64,000 nt of DNA from Candidatus Latescibacterota bacterium (GCA_965200315.1 OZ241362.1:2976001-3040000); one strand, 5' to 3'; positions 1-9,997 are shown, counted from the stretch's first letter. The notes: generated by a model not told the origin, from the letters alone. A program made the numbers and translations.

Positions 1-1037
1 ATAGACCGGGCGAACTCGTGCAAGATGGTCGGTAGCTGTTTGGTGGGCCTCGGTCCGTCCATAGGTAGCCCTAGCCCCAACATCCCTTGTGCAAAGGGCA
101 CATCGATCAGCAGTCCGGGGCGATATAGCGAGTCCGAGAAAATTTCTTGGGTCATCTGGCGAAAATCCTCGTCGGCCTCGCGCTCCCAGACCTTGTGGCC
201 GTGGCGATGGCGATAGCAGTGCCAATGGCTCACCAACCCCTCTAGGGAGGCGAAGCGACCGAGCGATTCGTGGAGATTTACGACGTTCTGTAAGGGGCGG
301 TAACCACGCGCTACGGAATAGGCGCGATAGCAAGCCAAGAGGTTTCTCTGTTCGTCAATGACCTGTAGGTCAACCGCCTCGAATTGGACGCCCATCGCCT
401 CTAGCTCGGCACCTAGAATGCACACGACCGTGCTTAGATCGCGCATCTTGTCGGCGTCGCAACCAGCCTGCAAGACGCGGAAGGCCCCTTGCTGACAGCA
501 GTGAGCGGTAATGTCTCGCATAATGGCTAAGCGCTCTTTTTCGCTGATATTGACGTTGGTGATCTCGACGGGAAGAAAGCTGCCGTCATTGCGCACCATG
601 AGTGCATCATAGGCATTGGACGAGCCGCTGGCGACCATGTGTCGGGCTGTGGGACGAGACTGGGGAGCGAACAATAGTTCAATGCCATCCTTGGCTAGCA
701 ATTCTTCCCCGCGATAACCCAATAGGTCGGCCAAGGTCTGGCTGATGAAGCACAAGTGTCCGTTTTCGTGGATGACAAAGGCGTTGAGGGTCTCGGCGAT
801 TTGATGCAAACGATCTTTGTGGACTCGGGCCAAGCGTGCCTTATCGTCCATTAGAGAGTCTGCCGAAACGCCGAGGGCGTCAGCCAAATTTTTTAGAGCC
901 GACGAGCCTGGCTGGCGCACTCGGCCGGTTTCAATGCGGGAGATGGTGGCTTGGGAGACACCGGAGCGATCTGAGAGGTCTTTCTGGTTAAGCGATTTTT
1001 TCTGTCGCAGCTCTTTCAGGTTTCGTCCTAAGGACAT
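1..1037 (-). CDS. XRE-family HTH regulator with PAS domain and GAF-like C-terminal region (runs off left edge; missing from ORF track)
   Basis: Manual translation from ATG at 1037 (AGGA upstream): MSLGRNLKELRQKKSLNQKDLSDRSGVSQATISRIETGRVRQPGSSALKNLADALGVSADSL (HTH_3), then PAS-like FVIHENGHLCFISQTLADLLGYRGEELL...RNDGSFLPVEIT...MRDIT; frame open to position 1. Confidence 0.85.
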   Translation of the reverse strand, partial: MSLGRNLKELRQKKSLNQKDLSDRSGVSQATISRIETGRVRQPGSSALKNLADALGVSADSLMDDKARLARVHKDRLHQIAETLNAFVIHENGHLCFISQTLADLLGYRGEELLAKDGIELLFAPQSRPTARHMVASGSSNAYDALMVRNDGSFLPVEITNVNISEKERLAIMRDITAHCCQQGAFRVLQAGCDADKMRDLSTVVCILGAELEAMGVQFEAVDLQVIDEQRNLLACYRAYSVARGYRPLQNVVNLHESLGRFASLEGLVSHWHCYRHRHGHKVWEREADEDFRQMTQEIFSDSLYRPGLLIDVPFAQGMLGLGLPMDGPRPTKQLPTILHEFARS

Positions 1038-1158
1038 GGGCTGTTCCTATGAATGAGCTCTAAAATACAAGGTGTTTGATATGTAAATAATACTACACGG
1101 AGCGGATGATTACCAAAACGGAAGGCGATAAAAACAAAATGTACACAAGGGTTTACGC

Positions 1159-2211
1159 ATGAAAATAACCGAAGTGCAATCAGTTTATCCCCGCTATCGC
1201 GTCGCGCCCGCGGCTTGGCGGCGGCACTTCTGGCAGATGGTCGTGCGCATCGATATGGATGTCGGCGTCAGCGGCTGGGGAGCAGGTGGCGGCGGGATTG
1301 CCGCCGTAGAGGTGATCAACCGCCACCTGCGCGAGTTGCTGGTGGGGTGCAGCATCGACAGCATTGAAGATATCGCCCGGCTCTGGGACGACCAGTACAA
1401 GGCCAGCCTGCCCTACGGCCGCAGTGGGGTCGCCGTCATGGCCATCAGCGGCGTGGATTTGGCACTGTGGGATGTCTTGGGCCGGGCAGAAGGGAAATCT
1501 GTCTGCGAGTTGCTGGGCGGTCGGCAGCGGGACGAGGTGCGGGCCTACGCCACAGGCCCAGATTGCGCTTGGTATCGCGACTTGGGCTTTAGTGCTCATA
1601 AGTCTTCACAGACGCGGCGAGGAAGCCAAGCCGCAGATGCGGTGCGCATACTTGAGTGGGCCCAAGAGGTGCGCCAGACCTTAGGCGAAGACGCGCTCTT
1701 GATGATCGACGCGTACATGTCGTGGTCGCCCGACTTTGCCGTGGCCCTAGCGCAGCAACTCGCGCCATTCAACATATACTGGTTTGAAGACGTGCTGTTG
1801 CCCGACGACCTAGCCGGCTTGGCGGCGTTGCGGCCGCAGATCCACCCTGTTTTGCTGGCTGGCGGCGAACACGAATTCACTGCGCGGGATTTCGGTCATA
1901 TCGCTAGGATGCGGGCACTGGACTTGTGGCAACCGGACGTCACTTGGTGCGGTGGTTTGACGGCGGCGCTGCGCATTGCCAAGCTGGCCCAAGCCCACGG
2001 CATCCCCGTGGTGCTTCACCGCGGCGGCGAGATTTGGGGGCTGCACTTTTTGGCGGCTGGCTACGGCGACAATTTGGCCGAAATGGTCATGGGCCGGCGC
2101 AATGCGCAGCGCGACAAGCTGTGGTTGGGTGAGCCGCAACCGCAGGAAGGTCACTTAGTGCTGCCCGAAGGCCCGGGATTTGGCGTAGAGGTGAACGAGG
2201 AACTGCTATAG
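1159..2211 (+). CDS. Mandelate racemase/enolase-superfamily acid-sugar dehydratase (rhamnonate dehydratase-like)
   Basis: AISGVDLALWD, LMIDAY, WFEDVL, AGGEHE, QPDVTWCGGLT, PGFGVEVN motifs. Confidence 0.85.
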   Translation: MKITEVQSVYPRYRVAPAAWRRHFWQMVVRIDMDVGVSGWGAGGGGIAAVEVINRHLRELLVGCSIDSIEDIARLWDDQYKASLPYGRSGVAVMAISGVDLALWDVLGRAEGKSVCELLGGRQRDEVRAYATGPDCAWYRDLGFSAHKSSQTRRGSQAADAVRILEWAQEVRQTLGEDALLMIDAYMSWSPDFAVALAQQLAPFNIYWFEDVLLPDDLAGLAALRPQIHPVLLAGGEHEFTARDFGHIARMRALDLWQPDVTWCGGLTAALRIAKLAQAHGIPVVLHRGGEIWGLHFLAAGYGDNLAEMVMGRRNAQRDKLWLGEPQPQEGHLVLPEGPGFGVEVNEELL

Positions 2212-2248
2212 GTTTCTCTTAGAAGTCGTCTGAAACCTGTGGCAACGT

Positions 2249-2277
2249 ATCCGCAAATGAACGCAGATGAACGCAGA
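2249..2277 (+). repeat. Short 10-bp-period AACGCAGATG-type repeat in intergenic DNA
   Basis: atccgcaaatgaacgcagatgaacgcaga; related degenerate copies near 26273 and 55886. Confidence 0.45.
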
Positions 2278-2322
2278 GGCAGGATAACGGATACCTAGAG
2301 GCCCTCTCGATTTTATGAATCC

Positions 2323-2910
2323 CTACTCTTTAACCGCCAGTGATAATAGGTAGGTCCCCCGCTGTTTGATCTTTTTGTAGTTGCCGAATACTTCCCTGAA
2401 ATTGCGCTTGATGTACTCCTTTAGCCCAGCAATGGTGACGACCCACAGGTGCCCGCCCGGCTTGAGGCGGGCGCAGGCGTCGTGCATGATGATTGTCAGG
2501 AGTTCGTTGCCTGTTTTCGCGGGCAAGTTGGAGGCAATAGTGTCAAAGCGCACGTGGGCGGGCACGTGGCTGAAGGCATTGCTCAAATAGGCGCGACAAT
2601 TGGTCAGCCCGTTGCGTTCGGCGTTTTGCTCCGCGTACTCGACGGCGACGAAGTCCTTGTCGATCAGATGGACCTCGCCCTCGGGGCAGAGATCGCCCAA
2701 CGCCAAGCCGATTGGACCATATCCGCACCCTAAGTCGAGGCAGCAATCGGCATGTCCGGGTTTGATGTGGTTGATGAGAAGCCGCGTACCCGGGTCAATG
2801 CGCTTGGGGCTGAAAAGGCCCCAAGTGGAGTGAAGGGTAAAAACGCGCCCTCTGAGGGTCTCTTGAAATACGATGTCTTCGCCCGAGCGGTATGTGTCTC
2901 TGGCAGGCAT
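2323..2910 (-). CDS. Class I SAM methyltransferase, RsmC/MTS family
   Basis: GLFSPKRIDPGTRLL, LDLGCGYGPIG, NLPAK motifs. Confidence 0.85.
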   Translation of the reverse strand: MPARDTYRSGEDIVFQETLRGRVFTLHSTWGLFSPKRIDPGTRLLINHIKPGHADCCLDLGCGYGPIGLALGDLCPEGEVHLIDKDFVAVEYAEQNAERNGLTNCRAYLSNAFSHVPAHVRFDTIASNLPAKTGNELLTIIMHDACARLKPGGHLWVVTIAGLKEYIKRNFREVFGNYKKIKQRGTYLLSLAVKE

Positions 2911-2924
2911 TGAAAGCGGCTAGA

Positions 2925-4949
2925 CTAATAAGCCAAGCCCAGCGGCTGCTGGTAGCGGAAGGTTTTGAATTCCGACTTGAGGGCGACCTCCACCAGATAC
3001 AGCCCCGGGACCAACAACTCACCGCCCGCGTCGCGTCCATCCCAATGCACGGTCTGCGGCCCGGCCCCCTGCTCTCCTAGTTCGAGACCGCCTACCCGGA
3101 TGCCGCGCAAGTCGTAGATATTGAGGGCCACGGGCACCGGCCCGGGCAGGCGAAACAAGGTATAATTGATGGCTAGCACATCGTTGGCCCCGTCTCCGTT
3201 GGGGGTCAATATGTCGCTTGAAAAAGCAAGGTTTTCGATGAGTGCCCCGGCATCTTGTGCGCCACCCAACACCCGCAGGCTGTTGGTGTTGACTTCGTCG
3301 GTGGCGTTACCGGCCTCAATCTGCTGAGGCAGGCTCTCCTCGTTCGCGTCAAATACCTCGCCGGCGAACGTGTTGGCAAAGATAAAGACCTCTGTGCCGA
3401 AGACCAGCCGCACTGGTTCATTGCGGCTGCGCGTGATTGACTGGGGCAAGCGCACGACTAGCTCGTTGTATCTCTCTATCACCTCGGTCGGTTCTATGAC
3501 TTGGAGTGGCTGGCCCATCTCTAGCCGTTTGAACTGGGGGCGGCTACCTGTGCGAATTCGGATGGTATCAAAGCCCGGCTGGCTCGCTGCGTCGAACTGG
3601 GTACTCACATCGTAGGTAAAATCCGTCATCTCACCTAAGTACACTTCGGTTAGGCCGCCGCCGGGCGTCGGCTCGTCGAGGCGGGCGACCTCGCCGATGA
3701 CTTGCGAGGCCAACGGCGGTGCGGTCTCAATCCACAGCGAATCGAGCCGCACGAAGTCGAAGAAGGAACGGCTCTCGAAGGTGAGCCTCACTTGGATGTG
3801 GTTGCCGCGCTCCAGCGGGGCGGGCTGCCCGGACTCAGCAATGGGAAAAGACCAGAAGGTCCAGTTGTCTTGGTCGTAAATAATGGAGGCTCTGAGGCCG
3901 GGCTTGCCCTCTTGGATATAGCCTTCGGTGGTCTGATCTGGTTGCTTGAGTTCGTTCTCAAAGCGCGTCCGCGAGACCGTCCGCTCAGCACCGGTGTCGG
4001 TGAATTCGTGATAGACGTTGGGGTCGTCGTCGCGGCCAGAGCGCACGGAGATTGCAAGTCGGGCGTGGGCGTCGTCAACAGGAGTAGGGAGCCCTTTGAC
4101 CATTCGCATGGGGGTGGCATCCCAGAATAGACGCCCGAAATTCACTGTGCGGCCGAGGGAAATAATTTTAGAGAGATAAAACACCCGCTTAGGCACCCCT
4201 TCGCCCTTTAGCTCAAACTCGCCGATGGTTCCCTGCTGGACATTGGCTTGGCCCGAGGCAAAGGCTTTGTCGTCGATGGAAGGGTTGCGTCGTAGGCGGA
4301 TGAAACGCACGTACTGTTTGGGAAATTCGAGCTGGACATTAGCATCGAAATTGAGCGGCACATCGGCTATCAAGGTCTCCAAGCGGTGATAGTCGTTGTC
4401 GTTGTTTTCGAGGTTGAGGACCGGGTCGAACTCTCCGGCGATCGAGACTTCAAACGCCTTGAAGATATCGTCGCGCAGCAGCGTACCGTCGGCGCGAAAA
4501 CCGTGCGGCGGCGTGTAGAATCCGACTACGTCGGCTGGCACTGGAACCCCCACGTCGAAAGTGTACCACTCCGAATTGATGCCGCGTGCTACCGGCGGGC
4601 TGTACGAAGAGCTGTCGCCATCGACCCACTCGGTCGTCAGGGTTCCGGCCGTGAACCAATAGAAGCCGTTGGCTGCGCGCCAAACTCGCGGAATGAGGCC
4701 GTCTTCGTAACCTAAGTCGGTGGGAAACTTAAAGGGCGACCAGAAAGGGAGCTTGGAAAGGATGTTTTCCTCGCCGTCGAAGTAAATCGGTGCTATTGAG
4801 CCGGGGAAGGTTTGGAAGTCGATAAAGACTTCGCTACTGTCATTCTGGCTCCAAGCCAAGCCTTGGCCGCCCATTTTCCACAGCGAAATCTGGGCGGCTG
4901 CCGGTGCTGTAGAAAGCGCGAGCGCGATGAGAATTGACCATTTGTGCAT
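2925..4949 (-). CDS. Secreted protein with C-terminal FlgD Ig-like domain
   Basis: Signal peptide MHKWSILIALALSTAPAAAQ (start moved to ATG 4949, GGAG upstream); C-terminus TPNGDGAND...IYDLRG...WDGRDAGGELLVPGLYLV. Confidence 0.75.
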   Translation of the reverse strand: MHKWSILIALALSTAPAAAQISLWKMGGQGLAWSQNDSSEVFIDFQTFPGSIAPIYFDGEENILSKLPFWSPFKFPTDLGYEDGLIPRVWRAANGFYWFTAGTLTTEWVDGDSSSYSPPVARGINSEWYTFDVGVPVPADVVGFYTPPHGFRADGTLLRDDIFKAFEVSIAGEFDPVLNLENNDNDYHRLETLIADVPLNFDANVQLEFPKQYVRFIRLRRNPSIDDKAFASGQANVQQGTIGEFELKGEGVPKRVFYLSKIISLGRTVNFGRLFWDATPMRMVKGLPTPVDDAHARLAISVRSGRDDDPNVYHEFTDTGAERTVSRTRFENELKQPDQTTEGYIQEGKPGLRASIIYDQDNWTFWSFPIAESGQPAPLERGNHIQVRLTFESRSFFDFVRLDSLWIETAPPLASQVIGEVARLDEPTPGGGLTEVYLGEMTDFTYDVSTQFDAASQPGFDTIRIRTGSRPQFKRLEMGQPLQVIEPTEVIERYNELVVRLPQSITRSRNEPVRLVFGTEVFIFANTFAGEVFDANEESLPQQIEAGNATDEVNTNSLRVLGGAQDAGALIENLAFSSDILTPNGDGANDVLAINYTLFRLPGPVPVALNIYDLRGIRVGGLELGEQGAGPQTVHWDGRDAGGELLVPGLYLVEVALKSEFKTFRYQQPLGLAY

Positions 4950-5060
4950 TGTTTTGCTCCTTGAGCCAATCGCCAAGGTTGCCAGCGACTCTTTTACGCA
5001 GTCCAAATTTTCGCTTAATCTATAAGGCTAGTATCTCAAGCTCAAGCGAACAGGCGATCC

Positions 5061-6191
5061 ATGGCCGATAAAGTAACACGCGGGCCTCTGAGGTGGCTCC
5101 GCGGCGATATGCACAACCACTGCGAAGAGCACGCCTTGATCGCCGAGCATTTGGCTGGAGCAGGCGACGCACTCGATTTTATCGCACTGACCAATCACGC
5201 GCAAAAGCCCGTCTTTTTTGAGCAGCACCGCATGATTGAGCGCGTACGCTGCATCTTGCCGGAATTCCCCATCTTCTTCGGATTAGAGTGGAACGCGCCG
5301 ATAGGAGGTCACGCCGGACTCGTCTTTCCGATCGGTGCGCACGAGGCCGAAAACGCCTATGCCTTCGCCGCAACCCACGACCGGCTAGGGGCGGCGACTC
5401 CCGGCAGCGTAGAAGCGGCTTTAGATCACTTGAACGCATTGCCGGCAGTGGAACGCCCCGTCCTCTTCTTCAACCACCCCGCTGCCGGTCAGTGGTCTGC
5501 AAATAGCATCAACCGCTATCTCGCCGCTGATCCGGCGGGCCTTGTCGTCGGCATCGAAGCCCTGCACGGACACCAAGCACACGCCAAAGTCGCGGCGCTG
5601 GACCCGTGTGCTTATCCGGGAGGAGCTGTCGGCGGCTTGGTCGATCAAGTGTACGCCTGCCAGCGGCCATTTTCCCTGCTGTTGAACTCCGACTTCCACG
5701 TCCACAAGCAGTCACAGCAGCCCGATTATCCGCTGGGCGTTTTCAATCACACTTGGGTCGGCGTGGAAGCGGGGCGTCCATCTACACCAGAAGCGATTTT
5801 CGCGGGCTTGCGCCGAGGGCGCACGTGTGCTTCTCAAGGGCACTGGCTCGACCTCGTCGATTTCTCGGTCGATGACCATTTTATCGGCGACACTTGGACG
5901 GGAGGGGCCGGTGCTTTGCGCGTTGCTTTTGCGGCGACCGAAGCGGTTGAAAAGGTTGAGTTGATTGGCCAGTGGCAGCCAAACGTCGCGCCCACCGTGC
6001 TGGAGTGCTTGGAGTCCCGGCCCGCTGGGCGTTGCGAATGGACGCTGGAGATCCCAGCCGATGCCCAAGGCTTTGTGCGCCTGCGCATAATCGCCGAGAG
6101 CTGGGTGCGCCCGGCCCCAGGGCCACCGGCCCCCAAGCACTTTCTCACTTCGGCGATCTTTTTGGACACCGGCCGCGATTACAAAGAATGA
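5061..6191 (+). CDS. PHP-domain metallohydrolase (CehA/McbA-like)
   Basis: WLRGDMHNH, LDFIALTNH, GLEWN..GGHA, FNHP, NSDFH metal-ligand motifs. Confidence 0.75.
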   Translation: MADKVTRGPLRWLRGDMHNHCEEHALIAEHLAGAGDALDFIALTNHAQKPVFFEQHRMIERVRCILPEFPIFFGLEWNAPIGGHAGLVFPIGAHEAENAYAFAATHDRLGAATPGSVEAALDHLNALPAVERPVLFFNHPAAGQWSANSINRYLAADPAGLVVGIEALHGHQAHAKVAALDPCAYPGGAVGGLVDQVYACQRPFSLLLNSDFHVHKQSQQPDYPLGVFNHTWVGVEAGRPSTPEAIFAGLRRGRTCASQGHWLDLVDFSVDDHFIGDTWTGGAGALRVAFAATEAVEKVELIGQWQPNVAPTVLECLESRPAGRCEWTLEIPADAQGFVRLRIIAESWVRPAPGPPAPKHFLTSAIFLDTGRDYKE

Positions 6192-6197
6192 CACCGG

Positions 6198-6222
6198 GCG
6201 GGCGAGACGCCCGCGCTCCCAG
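6198..6222 (+). repeat. REP-like palindrome GCGGGCGAGACGCCCGCGCTCCC
   Basis: Hairpin immediately after a stop codon; same family at 14350, 24438, 56007 (inverted) and 56213. Confidence 0.65.
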
Positions 6223-6291
6223 CGGAACCTCAAACCACCGGAGCTTTTCATGTATATCCAACTTGCCGTACTCGTCTATAGGAAAATTTCT

Positions 6292-8607
6292 ATGCTCCCC
6301 TACCTACTCTGCATCCTTCTCTCGTCTGCCCTCCACGCCGAGTACTCCCCCGGTCAGATCCGCTTAACGCCCAAGATCGACCTTCACCTCGAACCGGTGC
6401 CGGTCGAAAGTCTGCCCGATCACGTCCTCAATGTTCCGCCCGGCTTTAAGGTCAAACTCTTTTCCGACCAAGTAGATAAGGCTCGCTTTATGGCGTGGGA
6501 TGACCAAGGCGTCCTGCACGTGGCCAACATGAAGACTCGGGGGAGCAGTCAATGGAGTCCGGCCTCGGGCCGCCAAGGCACGGTGTTGGCCTTGCCCGAC
6601 AAAAACGGCGACGGCCGAGCCGACACTGTGTTCAAGGCGGCCGATGACTTTCACTGGCCCCACAGCGTCGCCTTCTACCAAGGGGCACTCTTCGTTGCCG
6701 ACGACCATGCGATCTTCCGCCTCGAAGACCGAGATGCGGACGGCTTTTACGAGGAGCGCGCTGTCTTCGCCGAGGTCCCCGGCTTTATGGGTCGCTCCTC
6801 TGAGCACGTGACGCACACGCTGGTTTTCGACGAGTCCAACGACAAGCTCTACTTCCACGCCGGTTCGAGTTGCGACCTGTGCCGCGAAGACGACCCGGAG
6901 CGGTCCACCGTCATACAGATGAACACCGACGGCACGGGTCGGCGGATTTATGCCTCTGGCCTGCGCAATGCCATCGGCCTCGATTTGCACCCGGTCACTG
7001 GCGAGCTGTGGGGTGCTGGCAATGGGCACGACCGCGAGGGCCGAGTGCTGCCGCCGGAGTGGATCACCCCCCTCCGCGATGGCCATTTCTACGGCTGGCC
7101 GTTGGCGTACGCCTATCAGGTCTGGACGGATTTCTCCATTGGCGCGTACCAACGGGCGATCTTCCCGCTGACCGCTGCCGACTCGCTGTTGGTTGCCAGC
7201 ATGGAGCGTCCGGCGGCCCTCGTCCCCGCCCATTTGGCACCCATGGCACTGCATTTCTACAAGCACGACCAGTTCCCGCCCCAGTACAAACACGCCGCGT
7301 TTGTCGCCTTTCGTGCGGGCGTCTTGGGCAATGATCCGGGCTACAAGGTCATGGTGCTCTTTGCCGAGCCGGATGGGTCCAACGCCCGCATCGCCGACTT
7401 TCTCACCGGCTTCCGTCCTGACCCGAACAGCAATTCCTTCTGGGGGACGCCGGTCGGGCTGACCACCGATGAACAGGGCGTTCTCTATCTGACGAGCGAC
7501 CGCTTCACGCAGGCCATCTTCCGCATCGAAGCCAGCCCCCTCCAAGGCACTTGGGAAAACCCCCCGCCCGACACCCTGCTCGCTGGCGCAGCACTGCCTT
7601 TGCGTTCGACGATTCGCCTCCAGCGGCAGGTAGAGGGCGCAGCACCAGCCCAGCTCACGGCTGATCTGAGTGCATTGGATGGTCCCAAGGCCCTGCCACT
7701 TCAAGGGATAGACGACCAGACCTATCGCCTTGAAGCCGACCTATCGGCTGGTGAGTACAATGGCCGCAAAAAACTGGTGGTGCATCTCGCGCAAGGCGAC
7801 GAGGCGACCAAGCTAGTTCATTCTATCGTCGTGCTGCCCAGAGAGGATCAAGTCCTCTTTGCCGACGAGCTTGCATGGGAGCAAGGCGCACTCTACAGCG
7901 CACAACTCGACCCGACCCATGCCGATACCGCGTTCGCCGGCCAGCGGGCACTGCGAGTGGATGCCCGAGGTTTTACCATTGAATTCCTTCCCAGCGTGCC
8001 GGTCGCTAGCGTCGGCTACGCGGTGCTGCGCTTAGCCTTGCATCCCGGCACGGCTACCGGCGGTTTCCGGCCCTCCTTCGGCCTTGTCGTCAACGGTGAC
8101 GCCGCCCGCCCGCTGAGCCTCATTGACCAAATTGATCTGGACTTGAATCAGTGGCAGACCGTCGAGATCGCCTTGGACGAACTGGCCCTCGACGGCCCCA
8201 TCGAGTCGCTGCGCCTAATCGGCAGCCTGCGCGGAACCTTCTACCTCGACGAAATCCGCTTGGTCGCCGCCCAGTACTCTGGAGGTGTTACGGCTGTGCG
8301 GGAAGAGGACGCCCAAAGCGGTGCGCCGCGAGAATTTGCCCTAGACCCGAACTATCCCAATCCGTTCAATAGCTCCACCACCATCCACTATCGCATCGCA
8401 GAGCCGGGTCGGGTGCGCTTGGAAATTTTCGACATCCAGGGTCAGAAAGTGAAGATGCTCGCCGCCGGCGATGTAGGACCGGGCATTTACCAAGTTCAAT
8501 GGGATGGGTTGGACGCCAGCGGAAAACCTGTGGCCACTGGCGTTTATTTAGTGCGTCTCCAGAAGGGCCGCGGCGCACTAGTCCACAAGATGCTGTTGCT
8601 CAAATAG
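6292..8607 (+). CDS. Glucose/sorbosone dehydrogenase-family beta-propeller with C-terminal FlgD/T9SS-like sorting domain
   Basis: PPGFKVKLF, GLRNAIG, YGWP, GTPVG motifs; C-terminus NYPNPFNSSTTIHY...WDGLDASGKPVATGVYLVRL...KMLLLK; signal peptide from ATG 6292. Confidence 0.8.
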   Translation: MLPYLLCILLSSALHAEYSPGQIRLTPKIDLHLEPVPVESLPDHVLNVPPGFKVKLFSDQVDKARFMAWDDQGVLHVANMKTRGSSQWSPASGRQGTVLALPDKNGDGRADTVFKAADDFHWPHSVAFYQGALFVADDHAIFRLEDRDADGFYEERAVFAEVPGFMGRSSEHVTHTLVFDESNDKLYFHAGSSCDLCREDDPERSTVIQMNTDGTGRRIYASGLRNAIGLDLHPVTGELWGAGNGHDREGRVLPPEWITPLRDGHFYGWPLAYAYQVWTDFSIGAYQRAIFPLTAADSLLVASMERPAALVPAHLAPMALHFYKHDQFPPQYKHAAFVAFRAGVLGNDPGYKVMVLFAEPDGSNARIADFLTGFRPDPNSNSFWGTPVGLTTDEQGVLYLTSDRFTQAIFRIEASPLQGTWENPPPDTLLAGAALPLRSTIRLQRQVEGAAPAQLTADLSALDGPKALPLQGIDDQTYRLEADLSAGEYNGRKKLVVHLAQGDEATKLVHSIVVLPREDQVLFADELAWEQGALYSAQLDPTHADTAFAGQRALRVDARGFTIEFLPSVPVASVGYAVLRLALHPGTATGGFRPSFGLVVNGDAARPLSLIDQIDLDLNQWQTVEIALDELALDGPIESLRLIGSLRGTFYLDEIRLVAAQYSGGVTAVREEDAQSGAPREFALDPNYPNPFNSSTTIHYRIAEPGRVRLEIFDIQGQKVKMLAAGDVGPGIYQVQWDGLDASGKPVATGVYLVRLQKGRGALVHKMLLLK

Positions 8608-8609
8608 CC

Positions 8610-9044
8610 ATGCAGGGCCTCAACCTCCCGGCCGCAGCTTTTGACATCCGCCAAGTCGAAGGCAAGCGCGAAATACTCGACCCCTTGCGCCGCAAGTACG
8701 TGCGGTTGACGCCCGAGGAGTGGGTGCGGCAGCACTTGGTGCAATACCTAATATCGGACTTGGGCTACCCGCGCGGGTTGACCGCCATTGAGAAAAGCAT
8801 TGACCTCCACGGCAAGCGATCTCGCGCCGATGTGATCGTCCATGACCGCGCAGGCCGTGCCGTGCTAATGGCCGAGTGCAAAGAGCCGGACGTTTCCATC
8901 AGTCAGGAGACCTTCGACCAAATTGCCGCATACAACCGCGTGGTTCAGGCCCGCTGTCTTTTGGTCGCCAATGGCTTGGTCCACTATTGCTATGTCGCTG
9001 GTCGCGGCTTCATTGACTGGGTGCCGCGGTACGACGAGCTGTAA
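8610..9044 (+). CDS. Stand-alone type I restriction enzyme HsdR N-terminal domain protein
   Basis: ILDPLRRKYVRLTPEEWVRQ, RADVIV, MAECK, QIAAYN, ANG motifs (HSDR_N_2-like). Confidence 0.8.
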   Translation: MQGLNLPAAAFDIRQVEGKREILDPLRRKYVRLTPEEWVRQHLVQYLISDLGYPRGLTAIEKSIDLHGKRSRADVIVHDRAGRAVLMAECKEPDVSISQETFDQIAAYNRVVQARCLLVANGLVHYCYVAGRGFIDWVPRYDEL

Positions 9045-9097
9045 GTGCTTCTTTAGCCCGCCTCCGCCCTCCAGAGGTCTATGCCGTTCTCCCAAAG

Positions 9098-9997
9098 CTA
9101 AGAATCCGGATCGGTCTTAAAGCGGCCTTGGTTGTCGATGCGCAAAGAGGCCCGCGTCTCACCCTCTTTGTCGTAGAAGTCCAGCTTCGGGTTGCCGCCG
9201 GTCGGTGCGCCTAACCCCACGCGGAAACGCTGCTCCTCGTCGAGAACTCCAAGCCAAGCGATTCCCTCTTCGAGGACCCCGACGATGGTACGCGTGTGGC
9301 CGTCTTGGTCGCGCATTTCGAGCAGGGTCATGCCATCGGCCTGTACGCTCAAGGTGGCGCGGACCTCGCCTTGGGCATCGAAGAGCTTGAGCGAGGGGGT
9401 TTCTCCGTCTTCGATGCCGCTTTGCAGCCGCATCCGTCCTTGGGCATCGAAGAAACTCAGCCGCATTGCGCCGGTGTGGCCGCTGCCTAAGCCGGCGCGA
9501 GGTCGCCCGGTTTCGTCGTAAAAGGCCAAACTGCCGGCCCCGTCCTCGCTCAGCGAAAGGCCCGCCCGCACTTCACCCCGCTCGTCGTAGAGCTCCAGCA
9601 GCGGGGCCTTATCGCTCTCCAGCCGCAAGTCGGCCCGCGCCCGTCCTGTTCGGTCGCACAACTTAAGTCCACTACCCAGCACCGCGGTGATTTCACCGTC
9701 GGCATCCCTCAACTCCAACTCGCCGCCATTCGGGCCTTGCACTAATTGAGCGATTGGTTGGCCCTCGTCGCCGCGCAAGACAAAGCTCCGCGCCTGCACC
9801 GTCCCCATCCGCCAACGTGCGACGAGCAGCCCCAGCGAGACCAGCAGTGCCACCCCACTGGCCAAACCCACGAAATAGACGTCGCGCTCCAACGCCTGCA
9901 AGTTCTCCCTCAACGCCTCCTCTTCTAGGGGCTGAGCTCCGCCAAACGAGCTGAGCAGGACCAGCAATTGCACCGCCCTCAGGCAATGGATCGACAT
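9098..9997 (-). CDS. Membrane-anchored hypothetical protein with about 9 tandem 23-aa beta repeats
   Basis: Signal/TM segments then repeats of the form L-x-L/F-Y/F-D-x-x-G-x-x-R-A-x-L. Confidence 0.65.
   Translation of the reverse strand: MSIHCLRAVQLLVLLSSFGGAQPLEEEALRENLQALERDVYFVGLASGVALLVSLGLLVARWRMGTVQARSFVLRGDEGQPIAQLVQGPNGGELELRDADGEITAVLGSGLKLCDRTGRARADLRLESDKAPLLELYDERGEVRAGLSLSEDGAGSLAFYDETGRPRAGLGSGHTGAMRLSFFDAQGRMRLQSGIEDGETPSLKLFDAQGEVRATLSVQADGMTLLEMRDQDGHTRTIVGVLEEGIAWLGVLDEEQRFRVGLGAPTGGNPKLDFYDKEGETRASLRIDNQGRFKTDPDS

Noticed and set aside
6364-7704. 446-aa antisense ORF and many similar overlapping ORFs
   Set aside because: Shadow frames typical of GC-rich coding DNA, with no motifs
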